Shown piece after piece: positions 38,527 through 50,609 of a stretch of 64,000 nucleotides of DNA (the first letter of the stretch is position 1; each line of letters begins with the position of its first letter). Under the pieces are notes generated by a model. That model was not told the origin of the DNA and ran no database searches. It saw only the letters and a list, made by a program, of their open reading frames with translations. The DNA is from Xylanimonas sp. McL0601. GTDB lineage: Bacteria; Actinomycetota; Actinomycetes; Actinomycetales; Cellulomonadaceae. The stretch is from positions 181,104 through 245,103 of the forward strand of contig NZ_CP187527.1 in the NCBI RefSeq assembly GCF_049852175.1, written 5' to 3'. Position numbers and translations under genes: made by a program.

Positions 38527-41097
38527 TCACTTCTCGTCGGCGTCCCCAGGCTCGGAGGACATGACCGTCCCGTCCACGCTAGCCGACTCGACGTCGTCAC
38601 GTCGCTCGACGTTCCGGGCCACCGCGATGATGCGGTCGCCGCGGTCGGGCTTCGCGAACGTGACGCCCTGCGTGGTACGGCCGGTGGCTCGGACCTGGTT
38701 CACCGCGGAGCGGACGATCTTGCCGCGCTCCATGATGACCAGCACCTCGTCGTCCTCGTCTACCACGAGAGCGCCGACGAGGTCACCCCGCTCCTCCGGA
38801 AGGTTCGCCACGCGGATGCCCAGGCCACCGCGGCCCTGCTGCCGGTAGTTCTCGACCGACAGCTCCGTGCGCTTGGCCATGCCGGCCTCGGTGACCGTGA
38901 ACAGGTAGGCGTCCTCGCGCACGACGGCGGCAGTGAGCACCTCGTCGCCCTCGCGGAACTTCATGCCGGTCACGCCCGACGTCGCGCGACCCAGCGCACG
39001 GATGCTCTCGTCGTTCGCCGGGAAGCGGATCGACTGACCCTTGCGGGAGACCAGGATGATGTCGTTGCCGGAGTCGACCAGCATCGCGCCGATGAGCTCG
39101 TCGGGCGTGCCGCCCTCGTCCTCGCGCAGGTTGATGGCGATGAGACCGGCCGAGCGCGGGGAGTTGTACTCCTGAAGCCTCGTCTTCTTGACCAGGCCCC
39201 GGCGCGTGGCGAGCACCAGGTACTCGGCGGCGTCGTAGTCGCGCAGGTCCAGCACCTGGGCGATGCGCTCGCCCGGCTGGAATGCGAGCATGTTGGCCAC
39301 GTGCTGGCCCTTGGCGTCGCGCGACCCCTCCGGCAGCTCGTAGCCCTTCGCCCGGTAGACGCGGCCGAAGTTCGTGAAGAACAGCAGCCAGTGGTGCGTC
39401 GTCGTGACGAAGAAGTGCTCGACGATGTCGTCCTCGCGCAGCTGCGTGCCGCGCACACCCTTGCCGCCGCGCTTCTGCTGGCGGTAGGCGTCGCTGCGGG
39501 TCCGCTTGGCGTAGCCGCCGCGCGTGATCGTGACGACGACCTCCTCCTCGGGGATGAGGTCCTCGATCGACATGTCGCCGTCGTACGGGAGGATGTGCGT
39601 GCGGCGCTCGTCGCCATACTTGTCGACGATGCTGTCGAGCTCCTCGCGCACGATCGTGCGCTGGCGCTCGGGCTTGGCGAGGATGTCGCGCAGGTCGGCG
39701 ATCTCGGTCTCGATCTCGTCGTGCTCGTCGATGATCCGCTGCCGCTCGAGGGCCGCGAGCCGCCGCAGCTGCAGCTGCAGGATCGCGTTCGCCTGCGCCT
39801 CGTCGACGTCGAGCAGCTCCATGAGACCGACCCGGGCCCGCTCGGCGTCGGGGGAACGGCGGATGAGTGCGATGACCTCGTCGAGCGCGTCGAGCGCCTT
39901 GAGGTACCCGCGCAGGATGTGGATCCGCTTCTCGGCGTCGCTCAGGAGGTACTCGGTGCGACGGCGGACGACGTCGATCTGGTGTGTCGTCCAGTGCCGG
40001 ATGAACGCGTCGAGGCTCAGCGTGCGCGGGACGCCGTCGACCAGCGCGAGCATGTTCGCGCCGAACGTGTCCTGCAGCTGCGTGTGCTTGTAGAGGTTGT
40101 TGAGCACGACCTTCGCGACGGCGTCGCGCTTGAGCACGATGACGAGCCGCTGGCCGGTGCGGCCCGAGGTCTCGTCGCGGATGTCCGCGATGCCCTGCAG
40201 CCGGCCGTCGTTGACCAGGTCGGCGATCTTCGCGGCGAGGTTGTCGGGGTTGACCTGGTAGGGCAGCTCGGTGATCACGAGGCAGATCCGGTTCTGGATC
40301 TCCTCGACGTTGACGACCGCGCGCATCGTGATCGACCCGCGCCCGGTGCGGTACGCCTCCTCGATGCCCTTGGTGCCGAGGATCTGCGCACCGGTGGGGA
40401 AGTCCGGGCCCTTGATGCGCTGCAGCAGCGCCGCGAGAAGCTCCTCGCGGCTGGCCTCCGGGTTCGCCAGGTGCCAGCGGGCACCCTCCGCGACCTCGCG
40501 CAGGTTGTGCGGCGGGATGTTCGTGGCCATGCCGACGGCGATGCCCGCCGAGCCGTTGACCAGCAGGTTCGGGAAACGGGCCGGCAGGATGACCGGCTCC
40601 TGCTCCTCGCCGTCGTAGTTGTCCTGGAAGTCGACGGTGTCCTTGTCGATGTCCCGGACCATCTCCATGGCGATGGGGGCCATGCGGCACTCGGTGTACC
40701 GCGGGGCGGCCGCGGGGTCGTTGCCGGGGGAGCCGAAGTTGCCCTGGCCGGCCACCAGCGGGTACCGCAGCGACCAGTCCTGGACCAGGCGGACGAGGGT
40801 GTCGTAGATCGCCGAGTCGCCGTGCGGGTGGTACTTGCCCATGACGTCGCCGACGACGCGGGCGCACTTGCTGAAGCCGCGGTCGGGGCGGTACCCGCCG
40901 TCGTACATCGCGTAGATGACGCGGCGGTGGACGGGCTTGAGGCCGTCGCGCACGTCGGGCAGCGCGCGGCCGACGATGACGCTCATCGCGTAGTCGAGGT
41001 AGCTGCGCTGCATCTCGAGGTTGAGGTCGACCTGCTCGATGCGGCCGTGGTGGACCTCGGGGAGCTCCGGGATGCCGCCGGTGGTCTCGTCCGTCAT
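38527..41097 (-). CDS. gyrA: DNA gyrase subunit A
   Basis: AAPRYTE active-site Tyr motif, QRDD region, C-terminal beta-pinwheel repeats; 856 aa. Confidence 0.9.
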   Translation of the reverse strand: MTDETTGGIPELPEVHHGRIEQVDLNLEMQRSYLDYAMSVIVGRALPDVRDGLKPVHRRVIYAMYDGGYRPDRGFSKCARVVGDVMGKYHPHGDSAIYDTLVRLVQDWSLRYPLVAGQGNFGSPGNDPAAAPRYTECRMAPIAMEMVRDIDKDTVDFQDNYDGEEQEPVILPARFPNLLVNGSAGIAVGMATNIPPHNLREVAEGARWHLANPEASREELLAALLQRIKGPDFPTGAQILGTKGIEEAYRTGRGSITMRAVVNVEEIQNRICLVITELPYQVNPDNLAAKIADLVNDGRLQGIADIRDETSGRTGQRLVIVLKRDAVAKVVLNNLYKHTQLQDTFGANMLALVDGVPRTLSLDAFIRHWTTHQIDVVRRRTEYLLSDAEKRIHILRGYLKALDALDEVIALIRRSPDAERARVGLMELLDVDEAQANAILQLQLRRLAALERQRIIDEHDEIETEIADLRDILAKPERQRTIVREELDSIVDKYGDERRTHILPYDGDMSIEDLIPEEEVVVTITRGGYAKRTRSDAYRQQKRGGKGVRGTQLREDDIVEHFFVTTTHHWLLFFTNFGRVYRAKGYELPEGSRDAKGQHVANMLAFQPGERIAQVLDLRDYDAAEYLVLATRRGLVKKTRLQEYNSPRSAGLIAINLREDEGGTPDELIGAMLVDSGNDIILVSRKGQSIRFPANDESIRALGRATSGVTGMKFREGDEVLTAAVVREDAYLFTVTEAGMAKRTELSVENYRQQGRGGLGIRVANLPEERGDLVGALVVDEDDEVLVIMERGKIVRSAVNQVRATGRTTQGVTFAKPDRGDRIIAVARNVERRDDVESASVDGTVMSSEPGDADEK

Positions 41098-41143
41098 TGA
41101 TCAATACCTTCCTAGTTCCTGTGGATCACCGGGCGGGGTGTGC

Positions 41144-43189
41144 TCAGATGTCGAGGAACCGGACGTCCTTGGCGTTGCGCTGGATGAAGCTGCGGCGGGA
41201 CTCGACGTCCTCGCCCATGAGCATCGAGAAGACCTCGTCCGCCGCCGCGGCGTCGTCCATGGTGACCTGCCGCAGAGTGCGGTGGGCCGGGTCCATGGTG
41301 GTCTCCCAGAGCTCCTGGTAGTCCATCTCGCCGAGGCCCTTGTAGCGCTGGATGCCCTTGTCCTTCGGCATCCGCTTGCCGGCGGCGAGACCCTCGCGGA
41401 TGTAGGCGTCGCGCTCCTTGTCGGAGTACACGTAGTCGTGCGGCGAGTTCGACCACTTGAGGCGGTACAGGGGCGGCATCGCGAGGTACACGTACCCGTA
41501 CTCGATGAGCGGGCGCATGTACCGGAAGAGCAGCGTGAGCAGCAGGGTCGCGATGTGCTGGCCGTCGACGTCGGCGTCGGCCATCAGGATGACCTTGTGG
41601 TACCGCAGCTTGGTGAGGTCGAAGTCCTCGCCGATGCCGGTGCCGAACGCCGTGATGAGGGACTGGACCTCCTGGTTCGACAGCGCCTTGTCGAGGCGCG
41701 CGCGCTCGACGTTGAGGATCTTGCCGCGGATCGGGAGGATCGCCTGGTTGTGCGGGTTGCGGCCGCGCACCGCCGAACCACCGGCCGAGTCGCCCTCGAC
41801 GATGTAGATCTCGCACTCTTCGGGGCGGTTCGACTGGCAGTCCTTGAGCTTGCCGGGCATGCCGCCGCTGCTCAGGAGGCCCTTGCGCCGCGTGGCCTCG
41901 CGCGCCTTGCGGGCCGCCATCCGCGCCTGCGACGCCTGGATGGCCTTGCGGATGATGTCCTTGGCCTCGTTCGGGTGGGAGTCGAACCAGTCGGTGAGCT
42001 GCTCGCGCACCACACGCTGGACGAACGTCTTGGCCTCGGTGTTGCCGAGCTTGGTCTTGGTCTGGCCCTCGAACTGCGGCTCGCCCAGCTTGACGGAGAT
42101 GACGGCGGTCAGGCCCTCGCGGATGTCGTCACCCGTGAGGTTGTCCTCCTTCTCCTTGAGGATCGCCTTCTCGCGCGCGTAGGAGTTGACCAGCGTGGTC
42201 ATCGCCGCGCGGAAGCCCTCCTCGTGCGTACCGCCCTCGGTCGTCGAGATGGTGTTGGCGTAGGTGTGGACCGACTCGCTGTAGGCGCTGGTCCACTGCA
42301 TCGCGACCTCGACCGAGATGCGCCGCTCGGTGTCCTCCGCCTCGAAGTCGATGACCTCGGGGTGGATCAGCTCGACCTTCTTGCCCGCGTTGAGGTGCTT
42401 CACGTAGTCCATGAGGCCGCCGTCGTAGCGGTAGGTGACGGTGCGCGTGGCCGAGCCCTCCGGCTCGGACGCGACGAGGACGCCGTCGGCGTCCGGCGTG
42501 TGCTCGCCGTCCGGGGAGCCCACCACCTCGTCCTCGATGTCGGCGTGACCTGCGCGCACGTCGGTGAGCGTGATGGTCAGGCCCTTGTTGAGGAACGCCA
42601 TCTGCTGGAAGCGGGCGCGGAGCGTCTCGAAGTCGAACTCGGTGGTCTCGAAGATCTCCGGGTCGGCCCAGAAGGTCTGGGTGGTGCCGGTCTCCTCAGT
42701 CGCCTCGAGCTGTTCGAGCTCGGTGACCGGGTGGCCTCCGCCGCCGAACTCCATGCGCCAGCGGTACCCGTCGCGGGCGACCTCGGTGACCACGCGGGTC
42801 GACAGGGCGTTGACGACCGAGATGCCGACGCCGTGCAGGCCGCCGGAGACGGCGTAGCCGCCGCCCCCGAACTTGCCGCCGGCGTGGAGGATCGTCATGA
42901 CGACCTCGACGGTCGGCCGGCCCTCGGTGGGGTGGATCGCGACGGGGATGCCGCGGCCGTTGTCGACGACGCGGACGCCGCCGTCGGCCAGCAGGGTCAC
43001 GTCGATGGCGTCGGCGTACCCGGCGAGGGCCTCGTCGACGGAGTTGTCCACCACCTCGTAGACCAGGTGGTGGAGGCCGCGCTCACCGGTCGAACCGATG
43101 TACATGCCCGGACGCTTGCGGACGGCCTCGAGACCTTCCAGGACGGTGATGTTCCCGGCGTCGTATCCGCCGTCGTTCCGATTCGCCAC
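41144..43189 (-). CDS. gyrB: DNA gyrase subunit B
   Basis: GHKL ATPase ([37 protein letters not shown]), TOPRIM (EGDSAGG), [13 protein letters not shown] 43189 chosen to match the canonical GyrB N-terminus; the ORF's 83-codon 5' extension was discarded. Confidence 0.9.
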   Translation of the reverse strand: MANRNDGGYDAGNITVLEGLEAVRKRPGMYIGSTGERGLHHLVYEVVDNSVDEALAGYADAIDVTLLADGGVRVVDNGRGIPVAIHPTEGRPTVEVVMTILHAGGKFGGGGYAVSGGLHGVGISVVNALSTRVVTEVARDGYRWRMEFGGGGHPVTELEQLEATEETGTTQTFWADPEIFETTEFDFETLRARFQQMAFLNKGLTITLTDVRAGHADIEDEVVGSPDGEHTPDADGVLVASEPEGSATRTVTYRYDGGLMDYVKHLNAGKKVELIHPEVIDFEAEDTERRISVEVAMQWTSAYSESVHTYANTISTTEGGTHEEGFRAAMTTLVNSYAREKAILKEKEDNLTGDDIREGLTAVISVKLGEPQFEGQTKTKLGNTEAKTFVQRVVREQLTDWFDSHPNEAKDIIRKAIQASQARMAARKAREATRRKGLLSSGGMPGKLKDCQSNRPEECEIYIVEGDSAGGSAVRGRNPHNQAILPIRGKILNVERARLDKALSNQEVQSLITAFGTGIGEDFDLTKLRYHKVILMADADVDGQHIATLLLTLLFRYMRPLIEYGYVYLAMPPLYRLKWSNSPHDYVYSDKERDAYIREGLAAGKRMPKDKGIQRYKGLGEMDYQELWETTMDPAHRTLRQVTMDDAAAADEVFSMLMGEDVESRRSFIQRNAKDVRFLDI

Positions 43190-43599
43190 AGGCCGGTTCG
43201 CTCCTCGCTGTCCGTTCGCACCGCGGGACCGGTGCACGCCACCCACGGCGTCAGGGGCCCGCGGGAGGCGCAGCACGAGCCGGGGGTGGCATCGGGAAGC
43301 GGTTCCGAGAGGGGCCCGGGAGTGCCCGGGGCGACCTTCCCAGTCTACCTTCTCGGGGCTGATTTCCGCGGATCGGGGCGCCTTTGGCCTGGGGAGACAA
43401 CCCAGATCAGAGCACTCCGTCCACAAGGTTCTCCACATCTGCGGATGATCGTCCGCAAGGTTGCGGAATGCTTGGGGACAAGACGGCCGAAATCCCCTTT
43501 TTCCCTGCTATTTCCCACCCAGCTCCCGGACTGCTTCAATGCGCGAATCATCCATGCGGACGGCAGCGACGCCGTCCCCTTCCGTGAAGGAAGCACCGC

Positions 43600-45960
43600 G
43601 TGAAGAAGTTCTTGGCAGGTGCCGTGTCCGCGGCACTCGGCCTGGTCGGTCTCGGGATAGCGACGGCAGCCCCCGCGGCCGCGACCGAGCCCGCGATCTC
43701 GGCGTCCTGCTCCAGCCTCGACGTCTACCTCTGGGACACCTCCCCGGGCACCGTCGTCACGGTGTCCGTCGACGGCGAGGTCGTGGCCGTCGACTCCCAG
43801 ATGGACTCGTACTACTCGAACAGCTTCGGGCTGACCTGGTCGCAGGCGCACGAATGGACCGTGGACGTCGACGTTCCCGACGGCGACTCGGCCGACGTCA
43901 GCCAGTCCGGGACGACGCAGCCCTGTGACTCCGACCCGAACGTGTGGGCGACGTCGTGGGACTCGTGCAAGGACGTCACCCTGAACGTCGCCGAGTACCC
44001 CGACGGGACGCATGCGACGGTGGTCGTCGACGGCGCGACGGTCGTGGACGAGGTGTTCGACCAGTCGTACTACACGACGCAGTCGTTCGACTGGGCGGTG
44101 AGCCACACCTGGTCGATCACGGTCGACGCCCCCGACGATGCCCTCGACCGGGCGATGCGGGGCGTCACGTCACCGTGTGAGTCCAACCCCGACATCGTGC
44201 TCGAGGCCCAGGCCTGGTGTGGCTCGGTCGACGGCTGGGGCTGGGGCTACCCGGCCGGTTCGCAGGTGGCGATCACCGTCGACGGGGCGATGATCTCCTC
44301 CACCACCGTCGACGAGGGGGGCTACTTCTCGCTCTCGGCACAGCCCGATCCCGCTGTGGACTACACGTGGCAGGTGACGGTCCAGGACGACGCCGGGCAG
44401 CTTCTGGGCGAACGGTCCGACTCTGTGAGCGGTTGCGCACCCTGGGTTCCTCCGGTGGTCCAGGCGTCCACCACCTGCTCGTCCGTGATCACGTGGGTCG
44501 ACGGCGCGGCCGTCGAGGACGGGAGCACCATCGAGGTGCAGGTCGACGGACAGGTCGTCGCCAGCGAGGCGGTGGGCTCGTACTACTACCGGATCTTCGA
44601 TGTCTCCTGGGACGCCGCACACGCCTGGACGGCACGCGTGATCGCCCCCGACGGCTCCGAGACCGGGTCGGACGCCGGTATGACCGAGCCGTGCTCGGAG
44701 GACCCGGACCCGCCGCTGAGCGTCTCGTCGTCGTGCGGCGATGTCTGGGCCGCCGCCCAGGACCCGGTCTTCACCGCGGGCAGCCGTTTCGAGCTCGTGG
44801 TGGACGGCGAGGTCGTGAGCTCCCAGGAGTTCGCGGTCCACGCCGATGCGTCGGTGACGGTCGATCACCTCCTGCCCCACACGTACTCCGCGACGGCGAC
44901 CACCCCCGACGGCACGACCTTCGAGGCCACCGGTTCGACCGAGCCGTGCAGCCAGGGCGAGCACGCCGTGCACGTCACCACGGGTTGTGAGGCCATCGCG
45001 GTCCACCTCTACGACCCCTACCTGGGTGACGGCGCGCGTGCACGGCTCGAGATCGACGGCGTCACGGTGCTCGACGAGTCCGTGCCGACGTACTACGACA
45101 CGGCCGTCCCGGTCGACCAGTCGGTCGACCACACGTGGACCTTCACGCTCGACGCGCAGGACGACCGTCGCGACTGGACCGAGTCGGGAACGACGATGAA
45201 CTGCTCCTGGGGCCCGACCCTCGTCACACCTGAGCGGCCCGACGCGCTCACCACCTGCGATGCGACGCCCGGCGACGTCGTCGTGCCGCCCAGCACGGAG
45301 GCCGTCACATACACGCTGACGCCCGACGGGCTGCTCGCCACGGCCAACCCGGGCTACGCGTTCTCGTGGCTGCTCAAGGACTCGCAGTACTGGCAGATGA
45401 GCGACACCGAGGCCGTCGTCTCGCTGCGCACGCTGCTGGCGCCCCGGTGCGGGCTGACCGGCACCGTCACCGCGACGCCCGTCTGCGAGTCCGGCGAGGC
45501 GTTCCTGGACTACGCCGTCGAGCCGCCGGAGGGTGCGGTCGAGGAAGGGTTCACCATCGGCTTTGAGGGCCCTGGTCATGCGCGGGAGTCCCTCACCGGC
45601 GACGGCGGCTTCGGTCATCCGTTCTCCGGGCGCCTTCCGTGGCCGAACCTCGTGAGGAACGACGACGGCACCATCTCGAACACTGCGGACCCGGAGATCC
45701 GCGCGACGTCGGTCCACGTGCACTTCTACGTCGCGGTTCCCATGATGTCGGAGTGGGGCAGCTACTCCCGCCTGTACGACGCGGCGAGCCCTGATCTCGA
45801 GACGATCGCCCCGTGCGGCCCGACGACGGACGCCGGCGATGACGACGGGTCGCCTGCCGGGCACGCCTTCGGGCGCGGCCACGTGGGGCACCCGCTGGCG
45901 GCCGGCCACCCCGTGTTCCCGCAGTTCCCCGGTCAGGGGGTAACGCGCCAGCACGCCTGA
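43600..45960 (+). CDS. secreted protein with about seven tandem 100-aa Cys-pair beta-sandwich-like repeats and a distinct C-terminal domain
   Basis: Signal peptide, repeats of the form S/TxCSS-L/V-DVYLWD...VTVxVDGxVV...W-T/A-VDV...PDG...SGTT-E/Q-PC repeated through 43.7-45.2 kb, then a non-repetitive 250-aa tail. GTG 43600 with GAAGGA RBS. Confidence 0.6.
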   Translation: MKKFLAGAVSAALGLVGLGIATAAPAAATEPAISASCSSLDVYLWDTSPGTVVTVSVDGEVVAVDSQMDSYYSNSFGLTWSQAHEWTVDVDVPDGDSADVSQSGTTQPCDSDPNVWATSWDSCKDVTLNVAEYPDGTHATVVVDGATVVDEVFDQSYYTTQSFDWAVSHTWSITVDAPDDALDRAMRGVTSPCESNPDIVLEAQAWCGSVDGWGWGYPAGSQVAITVDGAMISSTTVDEGGYFSLSAQPDPAVDYTWQVTVQDDAGQLLGERSDSVSGCAPWVPPVVQASTTCSSVITWVDGAAVEDGSTIEVQVDGQVVASEAVGSYYYRIFDVSWDAAHAWTARVIAPDGSETGSDAGMTEPCSEDPDPPLSVSSSCGDVWAAAQDPVFTAGSRFELVVDGEVVSSQEFAVHADASVTVDHLLPHTYSATATTPDGTTFEATGSTEPCSQGEHAVHVTTGCEAIAVHLYDPYLGDGARARLEIDGVTVLDESVPTYYDTAVPVDQSVDHTWTFTLDAQDDRRDWTESGTTMNCSWGPTLVTPERPDALTTCDATPGDVVVPPSTEAVTYTLTPDGLLATANPGYAFSWLLKDSQYWQMSDTEAVVSLRTLLAPRCGLTGTVTATPVCESGEAFLDYAVEPPEGAVEEGFTIGFEGPGHARESLTGDGGFGHPFSGRLPWPNLVRNDDGTISNTADPEIRATSVHVHFYVAVPMMSEWGSYSRLYDAASPDLETIAPCGPTTDAGDDDGSPAGHAFGRGHVGHPLAAGHPVFPQFPGQGVTRQHA

Positions 45961-45972
45961 CCGGCAGACGAC

Positions 45973-46012
45973 CGAGGGCGGGCACCTGGTTCAGGTGCCC
46001 GTCCTCGGTCGT
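45973..46012. terminator. bidirectional hairpin GACCGAGGGCGGGCACCTG-gttc-AGGTGCCCGTCCTCGGTC
   Basis: Perfect 18-bp stem between the convergent 43600..45960 and dciA genes. Confidence 0.6.
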
Positions 46013-46064
46013 CGATGCGGCGGCGTGCCAGTGGCAGCAGCCGGACTGGCCGATGCCAAGGCCG

Positions 46065-46613
46065 TCAGCCCCAGGTGTCCCGCGGCCCCCGTCCGCCGCG
46101 TACCGAGCGCGGGCCCTTGCCGAAGCCCGGCCCGGCCGGCCCCAGCACCTTGACCTCCTCGACCACGCCCTCGCCGACCTCCTCGGCGAGCCGGCGCAGC
46201 AGCGTGGGCGCGAGCAGGCGCACCTGCGTGGCCCAGGCCGTCGAGCTGGCACGCACCACGAGCACCTTGTCCTCGAAGGTCTCGGGCGTGCAGTGGTCCG
46301 CGATCTGCTCACCGACGACCTCGCGCCAGCGACCCATGACCCCGCCCACCGAGACCTCCGCACGCCAGCCCTTGTCGCGCAGCAGCCGGCCGACGACGTC
46401 GGAGAGCATCTGGGGGTCGCGCGCGCTCGGGCCCGAACCCGAGGTGCGCGGCTCGACAAGCGGTGATCGGCGCGCCGGGGAGCCGGGACGCAGACCCTTG
46501 GCACGGGCGGCCGCGCGGGCACGGTTGAGGGCCTCGCGGGCGACCTCTGCCGGTGGCCTGATCGGGACCTCGTCCGGGTCGGGCGCCGCGGTCGCTTCGG
46601 GGTCAGGACGCAC
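46065..46613 (-). CDS. dciA: DciA (DUF721) helicase-loader-like protein
   Basis: C-terminal DUF721 block ([31 protein letters not shown]...GPRDTWG) and position between recF and gyrB as in Mycobacterium. GTG start approximate; the ORF's long 5' extension overlapping recF was rejected. Confidence 0.65.
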   Translation of the reverse strand: MRPDPEATAAPDPDEVPIRPPAEVAREALNRARAAARAKGLRPGSPARRSPLVEPRTSGSGPSARDPQMLSDVVGRLLRDKGWRAEVSVGGVMGRWREVVGEQIADHCTPETFEDKVLVVRASSTAWATQVRLLAPTLLRRLAEEVGEGVVEEVKVLGPAGPGFGKGPRSVRGGRGPRDTWG

Positions 46614-47916
46614 GGGACACCTGACCTGTGGATACCTCGAAGCGCGTGGCGAGGAGGCCCGGGGGGACGTCGCCGGGGACGGCCGCCGTGACGAGCACCT
46701 GACGGGCTGGGGCCACGAGCTCCGCCAAGCGCTCGCGACGGCGGACGTCGAGCTCGGCGAACACGTCGTCGAGGATGAGCACGGGGTCGGCGTCGGGGCC
46801 GAAGTCGTCGGTCCAGAAGCGTGCCGTCGACGCTTGCCGGTCTGTCGGGGCCGAGCCCACGTGGTCGGCTGTGGTCCCGGCCGGCGCGATCGGCGGGGTG
46901 GGCGCGTCCCCGCCCAGCAGGTGGTAGGACGCCAGCCGGAGCGCGAGCGCGAACGACCACGACTCGCCATGGCTGGCGTACCCCTTCGCCGGGAGACCGC
47001 CGAGCGTAAGGACGAGATCGTCGCGGTGCGGACCGACGAGGCTCATCCCGCGCTCGACCTCGCGAGAATGCGCAGCGGCCATGCCGTCGAGCAGCGCCTT
47101 CTCGAGCTCGGCCGCCGTCGGCGCCGGAGCCGCCGGGTCAGCCGGCAGCAGGCCTGCTCCCGCAGCGGACGCGGCGGAGCCCACCGTGTCTGCGTCGTCG
47201 GGCGCGAACGCGTCCAGGCTCGCCCGGTAGCCGAGCTCCGCGTCGCCGTCGGAGTCGCTGACCTGCGCGTACGCCGCGTGGACGTGGGGGCGCAGCGCCT
47301 GGACCAGCTGGAGCCGCATGGCGAGGATCTGGCCGCCGAGCTGGGCGGCCTTGGCGTCCCAGACCTCAAGGGTCGACAGGTCGGCGCTACGCCCCGAAGC
47401 CTTGAGCCCACGCAGGGACTTCAGCAGCGCGGAGCGCTGGCGGATCACACGCTCGTAGTCGCTGAGCAGCCCCGCGGCGCGCGGGAGGAGCTGCACGACG
47501 AGCTGGTCGAGAAGCCGACGGCGGCCGTCGGGGTCGCCCTTGACCAGCGTCAGGTCTTCCGGGGCAAAGAGGACGGTGCGAAGGATCCCCAGGACGTCCC
47601 GTGCGCGGCCCAGCTGGCCGCGGTTGATGCGGGCGCGGTTGGCGCGACCGGGCGTGATCTCGAGCTCGACAGTCGAGGCACGATCCCCGCGGACGATGCG
47701 CGTGCGGACGACCGCGCGCTCGGCGCCGGCGCGGACGAGCGGGGAGTCGCTCGCGACGCGGTGCGAACCGAGCGTCGCCACGTAGGCGATCGCCTCGACG
47801 AGGTTCGTCTTGCCCTGTCCGTTGCGCCCCACGAACGCGTTCGGTCCCGGCTCCAGCTCGACGTCGACGGAGGCGTACGAGCGGAAGTCCAGGAGCGACA
47901 AGTGGGAGACGTACAT
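46603..47916 (-). CDS. recF: DNA replication/repair protein RecF
   Basis: Walker [17 protein letters not shown] signature and Walker B ([11 protein letters not shown]). ATG 47916. Confidence 0.85.
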   Translation of the reverse strand: MYVSHLSLLDFRSYASVDVELEPGPNAFVGRNGQGKTNLVEAIAYVATLGSHRVASDSPLVRAGAERAVVRTRIVRGDRASTVELEITPGRANRARINRGQLGRARDVLGILRTVLFAPEDLTLVKGDPDGRRRLLDQLVVQLLPRAAGLLSDYERVIRQRSALLKSLRGLKASGRSADLSTLEVWDAKAAQLGGQILAMRLQLVQALRPHVHAAYAQVSDSDGDAELGYRASLDAFAPDDADTVGSAASAAGAGLLPADPAAPAPTAAELEKALLDGMAAAHSREVERGMSLVGPHRDDLVLTLGGLPAKGYASHGESWSFALALRLASYHLLGGDAPTPPIAPAGTTADHVGSAPTDRQASTARFWTDDFGPDADPVLILDDVFAELDVRRRERLAELVAPARQVLVTAAVPGDVPPGLLATRFEVSTGQVSRAS

Positions 47917-47998
47917 GGGCCCTCTCGGTGGTTCAGCCTGTCGGAACCACCCTCCGCGCAGCAGGGGTGGTCTCGACAGGCTCAACCACCGTGGCGGG

Positions 47999-48892
47999 TC
48001 ACCCCGCGGACTTGACCGCGTGACCGCCGAACTGCTGGCGCAGCGCGGCCACGGCCTTCATCGCGGGCGAAGCCTCCTGGCGGGAGGCGAAGCGCGCGAA
48101 CAGCGCCGCCGAGATGACGGGAAGCGGGACGGCCGCGCCGATCGCCTCGTCGACGGTCCAGCGGCCCTCGCCCGAGTCCTCGACCCAGTCGTCGAGCTTC
48201 GCGAGCTTGGGGTCGTCCTCGAGCGCGCGGACCATGAGGTCGAGCAGCCAGGACCGCACCACGGTGCCGCGCTGCCAGGCCTTGAAGGTGCCGTGGACGT
48301 CGGTGATGAGGTCCTTGGCCGCGAGGAGCTCATAGCCCTCGGCGTATGCCTGCATGAGGCCGTACTCGATGCCGTTGTGGACCATCTTGGCGAAGTGGCC
48401 TGCGCCGACGGGGCCAGCGTGCACGAAGCCCTCCTCGCGCGGACCCTCGGGACGCAGCGCGTCGAACACGGGCATGAGCGTCTCGATGTCCTCGGCCGAG
48501 CCTCCGGCCATGAGGCCGTAGCCGTTATCGAGGCCCCACACGCCGCCCGAGACCCCGACGTCGACGTAGCCGACACCCTTCTCGGCGAGCTCGGCGGCCC
48601 GCTCCTGGTCCTCGACGTAGTGCGAGTTGCCGCCCTCGACGACGATGTCGCCCTCGGTCAGGACCTTGCCGAGCTCGGCGAGGACGCCGCGCGTCGGCTC
48701 ACCAGCGGGGACCATGACCCAGACCACGCGCTTGCCGGCCGGCAGCGCCTCGACCAGCGCCGCGAGCGTCGGGACGTCGGTCACGTCGGGCCGCGGGTCG
48801 TAGCCCGTGACCTCGATGCCGCCCTGGCGGAGACGGGCGCGCATGTTGTGGCCCATCTTGCCGAGACCGACAAGACCGATGTGGCTGACCAT
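47999..48892 (-). CDS. gnd: 6-phosphogluconate dehydrogenase (decarboxylating)-like, NAD(P)-binding
   Basis: [13 protein letters not shown] Rossmann motif; 6PGDH C-domain. Typical actinobacterial position between dnaN and recF. Confidence 0.75.
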   Translation of the reverse strand: MVSHIGLVGLGKMGHNMRARLRQGGIEVTGYDPRPDVTDVPTLAALVEALPAGKRVVWVMVPAGEPTRGVLAELGKVLTEGDIVVEGGNSHYVEDQERAAELAEKGVGYVDVGVSGGVWGLDNGYGLMAGGSAEDIETLMPVFDALRPEGPREEGFVHAGPVGAGHFAKMVHNGIEYGLMQAYAEGYELLAAKDLITDVHGTFKAWQRGTVVRSWLLDLMVRALEDDPKLAKLDDWVEDSGEGRWTVDEAIGAAVPLPVISAALFARFASRQEASPAMKAVAALRQQFGGHAVKSAG

Positions 48893-48962
48893 GCTTGCTC
48901 CTTGGATGAGAACAGAGTGGTAGAGCGAACACGCCACCGGCCGGGACCGGCGGTGCCGCCGG

Positions 48963-50096
48963 TCAGCCGGCGAAGCGGATGGGGACCAGCAGGTACCGGT
49001 AGTCGGCCGAGTCCTCGCCGTCCAGGGACCCCTGGCCGGTGAACTCGACGGGCTTGTTCGGGTGCGTGAACGACAGGCGCACGAAGTCTGTTCCCAGCGC
49101 CGTCAGGCCGTCGAGCAGGAACTGCGGGTTGAACGCCACGGTGATGTCCTCGCCGACCAGCACGGCCTCGAGCGCCTCCGACGCCTGCGCGTCGTCGCCC
49201 TGCCCGGCGTCGAGCACGACCTGCCCCTCGGTGAACGAGAGGCGGATGGGCGTGTTGCGCTCGGCCACGAGCGCGACGCGGCGCGCGGCGTCGATCAGCG
49301 CCTGCGTGGGCACGACGGCGTGGATCGGCGTCGCATCCGGGAACAGGCGGCGGACGGCGGGGTAGTCGCCGTCGACGAGCTGCGACGTCGTATGGCGGCC
49401 GCCGGCCTCGAAGCCGATGAGGTCCAGGCCCGAGCCTGTGGACAACCCGATGTTGACGAGCCCGCCACCGGCGCCGAGCGACTTGGCGACATCGGTGAGC
49501 GTCTTCGCCTTGACGAGGGCGACGGCGGAGAAGCCCGGCGTGGACGGGGTCCATGTCAGCTCGCGCAGCGCGAGGCGGTAGCGGTCCGTCGAGAGCATCG
49601 TGATGCGCTCGCCCTCGATCTCCATCCGGACGCCCGTCAGGAGCGGCAGGGTCTCGTCGCGGCTTGCCGCCACGGACACCTGCGCGACCGCGTGGGTGAG
49701 CGCGTCGCCCGAGACGGTGCCGCTCAGCTCGGGCATCTGCGGCAGCGTCGGGTAATCCTCCACCGGCATGGTGAGGAGCGTGAAGCGTGAGGCTCCACAG
49801 GTGACGACCACCTTGGTGCCGTCGAGCGTGACGTCCACAGGCTTGTGGGGGAGAGCGCGCGCGATGTCGGCCAGGAGGCGCCCCGAGACCAGCACCGTGC
49901 CGGGCTCGGCGACCTCGGCCGGGATCTCCGAGCGTGCCGACACCTCGTAGTCAAAGCTCGACAGGCTGATGACGCCGGTGGGGTCCGCCTCGATGCGGAC
50001 GCCGGCGAGCACGGGTGCGGGCGGGCGCGTGGGAAGCGTACGCGCGGTCCAGGTCACGGCATCTGCCAGGACGTCACGGTCGACCCGGAACTTCAT
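48963..50096 (-). CDS. dnaN: DNA polymerase III beta sliding clamp
   Basis: Three-domain beta-clamp, MKFRVDRDVLADAV... N-terminus; conserved position. Confidence 0.9.
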   Translation of the reverse strand: MKFRVDRDVLADAVTWTARTLPTRPPAPVLAGVRIEADPTGVISLSSFDYEVSARSEIPAEVAEPGTVLVSGRLLADIARALPHKPVDVTLDGTKVVVTCGASRFTLLTMPVEDYPTLPQMPELSGTVSGDALTHAVAQVSVAASRDETLPLLTGVRMEIEGERITMLSTDRYRLALRELTWTPSTPGFSAVALVKAKTLTDVAKSLGAGGGLVNIGLSTGSGLDLIGFEAGGRHTTSQLVDGDYPAVRRLFPDATPIHAVVPTQALIDAARRVALVAERNTPIRLSFTEGQVVLDAGQGDDAQASEALEAVLVGEDITVAFNPQFLLDGLTALGTDFVRLSFTHPNKPVEFTGQGSLDGEDSADYRYLLVPIRFAG

Positions 50097-50099
50097 CCC

Positions 50100-50605
50100 A
50101 CTCCTTCGCTCATGGCTAGTCGTAGTCGCACCCTACGCGAGTCACGCGCTCCGCGGCACGTGGGAATGCCCGTCTGTTCATGGCGTCGTCGTCAGGGTGC
50201 TGCTCGGGTCGGCCTGTCGCCCGATGAAGGCGAGGTGGATTCCTTCTTCGAGATCAGTCGTCGTAGTAGTAGCACTTGTGGATCTTGGGGAAATCCTGTG
50301 TTCCTGCAGGTCAGACGCACATTTCCCGTGTGGACGAGCTGGGGGTGCGGCTGTGGGTGAACTGCGAGGCGGTGTGGATGTGCGTTTCGTCCCCCACAGC
50401 CATCCACCGATCGAGGGCCCTGGATCCACAAAGGGAGGGCCGCTCGTCCACACCTGTCCACAGGTTTATCCACAGCTGTGCATGGATGCACTGCGACCAG
50501 GGCGACTGTGTGTCCACATGCTTGTCCACACCTGTGGGTAGAACTTGTACGCCGACGGCGTCGCTCAGGGCCCCTCGCGCGGCGAGGGCTGTGGACGGCT
50601 CGGGG
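50100..50605. promoter_or_regulatory. oriC: dnaA-dnaN intergenic DnaA-box cluster
   Basis: At least 10 TTGTCCACA/TGTGGAYAA-type boxes (e.g. cgtccacacctgtccacaggtttatccacagc, tgtgtccacatgcttgtccacacc, ttgtggatc) and a locally AT-richer stretch at about 50230-50290. Confidence 0.7.
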
Positions 50606-50609
50606 AGCT

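Noticed and set aside
38783-41104. 773-aa minus-strand alternative frame over gyrA, and 38476..41100 plus-strand ORF
   Set aside because: The gyrA frame 38527..41097 has all canonical motifs; the others are frame-shifted or antisense shadows.
46065-46970. Full 301-aa ORF for dciA
   Set aside because: The first 120 codons overlap the recF C-terminus in another frame and translate to Ser/Pro/Arg-rich junk; only the distal part matches DUF721.
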